Shown here: one piece after another, positions 58,482-64,000 of the stretch
Position numbering within the stretch: position 1 is the stretch's first letter
Layout: each line of letters opens with the position of its first letter
Assembly: GCA_963666205.1 (NCBI GenBank)
Contig: OY762654.1
Coordinates: 1,824,001-1,888,000, forward strand
Direction: 5' to 3'
DNA: 64,000 bases
From: Synergistales bacterium
GTDB lineage: Bacteria; Synergistota; Synergistia; Synergistales; JAFGMB01
The notes under the pieces: model-generated
Told to the model about the DNA's origin: nothing
Database searches by the model: none
Seen by the model: the letters and a program-made list of their open reading frames with translations, nothing else
Made by a program: the position numbers and the translations under genes

Positions 58482-59273
58482 CTAATCTAATTTCATCCCT
58501 ATTTTCAACCCCAGTTTTTTATAATGAGGTTCCAGAGGGTATTCTTCTTTAAGAGTGAATTTTACAGGAAGACCACCGTCTGTTTCTTCTATAGTTTCAA
58601 GTGCTTCGATAAGTTTTTTGAGTTTTGCTATGGGCAAACTAAAAATTATCTCATTATCCTGAGCTGCAGCTCGTTTCCTGTCTCCGGCACAGGGAACAAC
58701 GACCTGGAAATTGTTATCCTGGATGGCAGGGACAACAGCATAGACACATGCAGCATGTCCGGAAATTCTTGAATATACATCACGACCATCGATCCAGTTA
58801 ACAGCTATCATTATCTGAGTCAATTGAGCAGGGTCGCAGTAAATAATTACGGCATCCGGGGAGGGGTTTTCTCCAAAGGAGGATAGCGGCGCAGAGAGAA
58901 CACCCTGGTATTTCCCAACTGGGAAACAGGGCATATTGGATGCCCACTGTTTTCCTGCTTCAATTGAACTTGCTGTGCCAGGATACCTGTTGTGACCTTC
59001 CAGAAAATCTTCTGGTGGAGTAGTAAGCCCGAATCCAACGACTGGTTCGAAGCACCACATATCGTCCAGGGTCATAAGAAATGACATTTTACTTCTTCTG
59101 GACAATGCAAAACCTTGACAAGTTGACAAATGATAACCCAGATCTTTATAAGGCTGAAGAAATCCTTCTGGTATTTCTTCTCCGATCTTTAATAACCCAA
59201 TACCTAATGGTTCTGTTTTCAAAAAAAGATGTTTCTTGAGTTTTGCAGAATATTCCTCAAGATTCACTTCCAT
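58482..59273 (-). CDS. DUF169 family protein
   Basis: L...P.GI, CQ....R, C......FG, PD.VIIY..P.Q, ACV.....A, PC.GDR..A, E..F. Confidence 0.85.
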   Translation of the reverse strand: MEVNLEEYSAKLKKHLFLKTEPLGIGLLKIGEEIPEGFLQPYKDLGYHLSTCQGFALSRRSKMSFLMTLDDMWCFEPVVGFGLTTPPEDFLEGHNRYPGTASSIEAGKQWASNMPCFPVGKYQGVLSAPLSSFGENPSPDAVIIYCDPAQLTQIMIAVNWIDGRDVYSRISGHAACVYAVVPAIQDNNFQVVVPCAGDRKRAAAQDNEIIFSLPIAKLKKLIEALETIEETDGGLPVKFTLKEEYPLEPHYKKLGLKIGMKLD

Positions 59274-59355
59274 TTTAGATATCCTCCTTCAGCATGAATA
59301 GAAAAGATTGTTGTCTAAACACACAAAATCTATCGAAAAGAAATCATCCCTTGAA

Positions 59356-60564
59356 CTAGTTTTTAGAAAATCTAGCTAAAAATCTCTCAAGCCTATCCAT
59401 CCCTTCTTTAATTTCTTCAAGAGTTGAGACAGCAAAGGTTAACCTGATATGGTTTTCAATACCAAAGGCAGGACCGAAGAGAAGAGCTACTTTTTCTTCT
59501 TCAAGTAATAGATTTGCAAAGTCTTGAGAAGTATTCACTTTTTGATCTTTATAATTGTGGTTTAAATAATTCAAAATATTTGGAAAAACGTAGAAAGCTC
59601 CCTCTGGTTTAGGGAAATTAAGGTCCATTTGATTAAGTCGTTTACACATATAGTCTTTTCTGCGGGTGTATTCTTTAACCATCTCGTTAACACATTCCTG
59701 GTCGTTTTCTAATGCACTGACACATGCAAGTTGAGAAAAGGGGGATAAACAGGAGAGGCTCTGGCTTTGGAGTCTCGCTACCGTAGAGATTACTGCAGAC
59801 GGTCCAGCAACATAACCTATTCTCCAACCTGTCATTGCATATGTTTTTGAAAAACCATTTACAGTGAAGGTGAAATCTTTTACTTTTTTGCCAAGAGAAG
59901 CAAAAGAATAATGTACGCAATCTCCATATAGGAGTTTTTCATAAATCTCATCTGAAATAACAGAAATATTTTTGCAAGCTAGATAGTCAGCAATCTTTTC
60001 AAGTTCCTGTTTAGTGTATACTGTCCCTACGGGATTTGAAGGTGTATTTATTATCACTACTTTCGTCTTATCCGTGATCATTTGATCGAGTGCGGGAACA
60101 GTTAATTTAAAATTGTCTTTTTCTGAGGTTACAAGTATCCGGGGTATGGCTCCTGCTAATCTTATCATTCCAATATAACCGGGATAATAGGGTGCTGGAA
60201 TAATAACTTCATCGCTTGGGTCGCAAAGTACTCTTAAAACATTGTAGATGGCTCCTTTAGCTCCGTGAGTTATAACGATTTCATCTGAAGCATATTCTAT
60301 ACCGTTATCTGTAACAAGTTTGTCCCGGACAGAATCTTTCAGTTTTTTAAGGCCTGCAGAAGGAGAGTAATGAGTAAAACCATTTTTCATTTTCATGTAT
60401 GCACATTCAATTATTTGGTCTGGGGTTGTAAATCCAGGATCGCCAGTACCAAAATCAATAACCTTCACCCCGTTTTGTCGCATTAGATTGACTTTCTGAC
60501 TAAGAGGCAATGTAGGGGCAGGCAAAATATCAGAAAATTTTTCTTGATTAAATCTAATTTCCAT
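59356..60564 (-). CDS. PLP-dependent aminotransferase class I/II (AspC-like)
   Basis: GDPGF, NTPSNPVG, SDEIYE, FSKTYAMTGWRIG. Confidence 0.9.
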   Translation of the reverse strand: MEIRFNQEKFSDILPAPTLPLSQKVNLMRQNGVKVIDFGTGDPGFTTPDQIIECAYMKMKNGFTHYSPSAGLKKLKDSVRDKLVTDNGIEYASDEIVITHGAKGAIYNVLRVLCDPSDEVIIPAPYYPGYIGMIRLAGAIPRILVTSEKDNFKLTVPALDQMITDKTKVVIINTPSNPVGTVYTKQELEKIADYLACKNISVISDEIYEKLLYGDCVHYSFASLGKKVKDFTFTVNGFSKTYAMTGWRIGYVAGPSAVISTVARLQSQSLSCLSPFSQLACVSALENDQECVNEMVKEYTRRKDYMCKRLNQMDLNFPKPEGAFYVFPNILNYLNHNYKDQKVNTSQDFANLLLEEEKVALLFGPAFGIENHIRLTFAVSTLEEIKEGMDRLERFLARFSKN

Positions 60565-60696
60565 AAAATTCACTTCCTTCCATAACAATGGAGGAAAAGA
60601 GAATCGCTTAGAAAAACTTTTCCTCCATGTAAACTGCTTCTGGTGTAGTAATATAGTACAGGGGTTAAAGGTTCCTCTATGAGTCAGTATTTTATA

Positions 60697-62124
60697 TTAT
60701 TCGTCCACGCCTTCGTTTAACGCTTTTAATTCCTCTTCTGAATATTGAGTGATGGTAAACCCGGTAAGTCCGTAAATAAGAGATACTATGGGTGTTATCC
60801 AGCATAGGAAACAGAAAGGAATAAAAGCAAGAGAGGATACTCCCAGAGTCCCTGCAGCATAAACAGCCCCTGTATTCCAAGGAATGATAGGTCCACCAAG
60901 AGTTCCACAGTCTTCTATGACTCGGGAAAGATTTTCAGGTTTTAAATTCCATTTTTTGTACACTGGAGCCATAAGTGTCCCTGTCATTACTGAAGCAAAG
61001 CTGATCGTTGCACCAATCATATTGGATAAATAACTTACGATGATCGTTGCGACTATTACTCCCCGAGTTGACTGGATCTTTTTCGAGAATGATTCTAGAA
61101 TTGAATTTAGAACGCCAGTTCCCTGCAACATTCCCCCGAGACCAAGAGCAAATATAAATAGGCCGACAAGGGAATACATACTTGCTACTCCACCACGATT
61201 TAATAACTTATCGAGGAATACCATTCCGGTATCAGACTGATATCCCTTATAAAATACAGATAGTACTGATGCAATTGTATTTCCCTGATATGCTATAGAT
61301 ACGACAGCAGCAACCACAGAACCTATCATGATTGCCAAAACTGGCGGTTTTTTTGTCAGGAGGAGATAGAATACAACTAATGCGGGAATGAGGGGTATCA
61401 AACCGATCTTGAATATATCGGAAAGCTGGGTACAGATTGTATCTATATTCTGGTAGTCAACAACTTCACCTGAGTACCTGAAACCAATAAATGTAAATAA
61501 AGCAGCAGTAATAAGATAAGCAGGACCAGTTGTCCAGACCATATGTTTAATATGAGGAATAAGCTGTCCGCCTGATACGGCTGGAGCAAGATTTGTACTA
61601 TCAGAAAGAGGGGACATCTTATCTCCAAAGAAGGCTCCTGAGATTATTGCTCCTGCTGTAATGCCGGGAGGTATTCCCAGACTTGGACCTATACCTATCA
61701 TTGCAAGCCCTGCGGTGCCAATTGTTCCCCATGAAGTACCTGTGGCAAGGGATACTATTGAACAGAAAAGTAGAGTAGTTAAGAGGAAAAATCTGGGTGA
61801 AATTATCTTCAATCCGCCGTAGATAAGTGTAGGTACTGTCCCGGCAAGTATCCAGGAACCGATCATTCCTCCAATTGCAAGAAGGATCAGAGATGGTTGC
61901 ATAACCTTTCTAACCATGTCGTATGCGAATGTTTCCAAAGATTCAAAACTATAACCTAATTTCATTGTCATCGGTACTACGATAAGCCAGCTCAAAAACA
62001 TCATCGCCTGAAGTTTTCCCTTAAAAACTATCATTCCAAAGCACATAAATGCAGAAATCAGTGCCAAAATTAAATAGGAGTAACCAATACTAGGCTGTTC
62101 TACTTTTTTCTCCACAATCTTCAC
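60697..62124 (-). CDS. nhaC: NhaC family Na+/H+ antiporter or amino-acid transporter
   Basis: GTVP.LIY.G, ATGTSWGT.GT.G, SGA.FGDKMSPLSDSTN, SR..ED.GT....IPW. Confidence 0.9.
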   Translation of the reverse strand: MKIVEKKVEQPSIGYSYLILALISAFMCFGMIVFKGKLQAMMFLSWLIVVPMTMKLGYSFESLETFAYDMVRKVMQPSLILLAIGGMIGSWILAGTVPTLIYGGLKIISPRFFLLTTLLFCSIVSLATGTSWGTIGTAGLAMIGIGPSLGIPPGITAGAIISGAFFGDKMSPLSDSTNLAPAVSGGQLIPHIKHMVWTTGPAYLITAALFTFIGFRYSGEVVDYQNIDTICTQLSDIFKIGLIPLIPALVVFYLLLTKKPPVLAIMIGSVVAAVVSIAYQGNTIASVLSVFYKGYQSDTGMVFLDKLLNRGGVASMYSLVGLFIFALGLGGMLQGTGVLNSILESFSKKIQSTRGVIVATIIVSYLSNMIGATISFASVMTGTLMAPVYKKWNLKPENLSRVIEDCGTLGGPIIPWNTGAVYAAGTLGVSSLAFIPFCFLCWITPIVSLIYGLTGFTITQYSEEELKALNEGVDE

Positions 62125-62184
62125 CCCTTAGAATTAGGTAAAATAGCATCAAATCGTAATAATATTTTCTTCAATCGCTTATAT

Positions 62185-63396
62185 CTAATTGTAATTTTGC
62201 ACTATTTGTGCGAATTCTTCATTTGTCAAATAGGTTCCTTTGTTTATACTGAATAACTTTACTTCATTGAGAATTTCGGGGATTACCTCCTCCCTAACAC
62301 TAAGACCCAATTCCTCTAATTTGATTTTTATGGTATCTTTGCCGCTTTTCTTGCCCAGTACTATTCGAGGTTCCCTGTTAAGAAAAGAAGGTCTGACCGG
62401 GAAAATCGTAGTTGGAGCAGTATCGAACAATTTAGCACCCAGTCCTATTTCTCTTGCAAAAGCTACATCTCCTGTGAAGGGCTTGTTTATTGGAATAGGG
62501 ATCTTTGAAAGTTCACTTATTCTCTGACATGTTGAATACAGTTTCGAGAAATCTATATCAATATCTATACCCAGTAAAGTTTTCATTGCCACCATGATCT
62601 GTTCAAGAGGCGCATTACCAGTCCTTTCTCCCAGGCCTGTCATGCACCCATGTACAACCTCTGCTCCCGCCTCAACTGCTGCAAGGGAAGTAGCTACTCC
62701 CATTCCGTAGTCATTGTGAGTGTGTATTTCTACAGGAACATTTACCCAGGATTTTACTTTTTTGACCATGTAGTAAATTGCCTGGGGAAGAGCCATTCCT
62801 ATGGTATCAATTATTGCTACTGAATCTGGGTTAGCCTGTTCACAAACATCCCTATAAAGGCTTTCCAGAAAAGCAGGTTCTGCCCTCGTCGTATCGTAAG
62901 GGAAAAAGGTGACATAAAAGCCCTTCTGTTTTGCATATCTAATACCATCAATGGCCTTTTTTTTGACATCATCATATGACCAGTTTGGGAATTGATTTTT
63001 TATTCGAGGATAGCCGCTTGGTACTTCAATTATCAAACCATCTGCTTTCGTTTCCAGAGCTTTTTCAATATCAGCAGGATGAGCCCTACAAAAAAGCATT
63101 ATCTTTGCTTTTAAATTTAATGCAACTATGTCTTTTATTGCCTGAAAGTCTTCTTCCGAAACAGTGGGCATACCTGCTTCTATCCTGTCGACTCCAAGCC
63201 CATCGAGCATTTGAGCTATTTCTACTTTTGCTTCTTTTCTGAAAACGACACCAGGGCATTGTTCTCCATCCCTTAAGGTTGCATCATGAAACTGGATTTT
63301 ATCAGGGATGTCAAAGGTATCTCTAATTGTGTCAATCCAATTATATTGACTTCCCCACCAATCGTTGCTTATCCAAGGTGTTTTCCCGCACGACAT
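62185..63396 (-). CDS. LeuA/homocitrate synthase-like DRE-TIM enzyme (no LeuA regulatory domain)
   Basis: DATLRDGEQ.PG, IEAG.P, DT.G, IHTHND.GM, GLGERTGNA, NKP..G, LGKKSG. Confidence 0.85.
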   Translation of the reverse strand: MSCGKTPWISNDWWGSQYNWIDTIRDTFDIPDKIQFHDATLRDGEQCPGVVFRKEAKVEIAQMLDGLGVDRIEAGMPTVSEEDFQAIKDIVALNLKAKIMLFCRAHPADIEKALETKADGLIIEVPSGYPRIKNQFPNWSYDDVKKKAIDGIRYAKQKGFYVTFFPYDTTRAEPAFLESLYRDVCEQANPDSVAIIDTIGMALPQAIYYMVKKVKSWVNVPVEIHTHNDYGMGVATSLAAVEAGAEVVHGCMTGLGERTGNAPLEQIMVAMKTLLGIDIDIDFSKLYSTCQRISELSKIPIPINKPFTGDVAFAREIGLGAKLFDTAPTTIFPVRPSFLNREPRIVLGKKSGKDTIKIKLEELGLSVREEVIPEILNEVKLFSINKGTYLTNEEFAQIVQNYN

Positions 63397-63431
63397 AGAT
63401 CTTCCCCCTTTATAATCTCTGATTTGTTAAT

Positions 63432-63482
63432 TCTCCGCAAATGGATACGTTTATGAACCAATAACGTATCCATTTGCGGAGA
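63432..63482. promoter_or_regulatory. Perfect 20-bp inverted repeat between divergent genes
   Basis: TCTCCGCAAATGGATACGTT-11 nt-AACGTATCCATTTGCGGAGA, just downstream of a minus-strand TTGACT-17 nt-TATACT promoter (63493-63521). Confidence 0.7.
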
Positions 63483-63547
63483 CATTGATGGAAGTATATA
63501 ATTTGTTAATATTAAAGTCAACATGTTATCCAAGGAGAGATTTATTA

Positions 63548-64000
63548 ATGAAAGAACTTGATGCCACAGAAATTGCTTTAGAAAAGATTACTGATCTTTT
63601 GATAACTCATAAATACAAGCCTGGGGACAGGCTGTTGGAGACTGTGTTGGCAAGCGAGCTAAACTTAAGCCGAACTCCGATCAGAGATGCTCTAAGCAGA
63701 CTTGTTGCTTCTGGGTTTGTCGAAAAACAAAAGGGTCAAAAAGGATATCAGATACCTCTTCTAACACCAGATGACATGAAACAGGTTTTTCAGACACGAA
63801 TGTTTTTGGAGGGAATTGCTGTTCGCATGGCTGTGACTGCCTGTTCTTCCGATGATATACAGAAATTGCGAGGACTTAATCAGCGAGAAATTGAAGCTTT
63901 TCATAACAATGAGAAAGAGGTATATGCGAATATTAACGAAACATTCCACCTCTTTCTGGCTAAAATTTCCAGTAATAATTATGTATCAAGATTTATTGAA
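63548..64000 (+). CDS. GntR family (FCD) transcriptional regulator, truncated by the window end
   Basis: Not in the ORF track. Manual translation MKELDATEIALEKITDLLITHKYKPGDRLLETVLASELNLSRTPIRDALSRLVASG...R..LEG...N..FH. Confidence 0.9.
   Translation, partial: MKELDATEIALEKITDLLITHKYKPGDRLLETVLASELNLSRTPIRDALSRLVASGFVEKQKGQKGYQIPLLTPDDMKQVFQTRMFLEGIAVRMAVTACSSDDIQKLRGLNQREIEAFHNNEKEVYANINETFHLFLAKISSNNYVSRFIE

Noticed and set aside
137-63949. The many antisense or overlapping ORFs in the track (e.g. 797-1315, 3634-4347, 21110-21739, 38689-39273, 44125-44769, 55463-56134)
   Set aside because: They are shadows of well-supported genes on the other strand or frame and contain no recognisable motifs.

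Overview
A 64-kb chromosomal segment, most likely from an anaerobic Synergistota bacterium. The main clue is a surface protein ending in a Synergist-CTERM-like sorting signal, supported by TTT/TRAP-rich amino- and organic-acid catabolism. I found no rRNA, tRNA, CRISPR array or intact transposase. The window is mostly small catabolic modules. (1) RpiR - aminotransferase - TctCBA - DRE-TIM aldolase. (2) An 11-gene minus-strand cluster: YheO-type regulator, L-cysteine desulfidase-like, TctCBA, malic enzyme, FumC, MmgE/PrpD, non-PurB adenylosuccinate-lyase-like, PatB C-S lyase, MFS. It reads as a candidate oxygen-independent S-(2-succino)cysteine breakdown pathway with no acetylation step, and is the best novel-system candidate here. 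(3) Three TRAP systems, two ICL/PrpB-family lyases and an IlvD homologue with altered Mg-ligand motifs. (4) A beta-helix surface protein flanked by inverted mosaic repeats. (5) A truncated trpEGD(F*) operon with a WWW leader peptide and what looks like a coupled double-terminator attenuator. (6) A type III PKS plus methyltransferase pair. (7) An AT-rich GntR / LeuA-like / NhaC / aminotransferase / DUF169 island. Function calls come from motif recognition only; no database searches were run.
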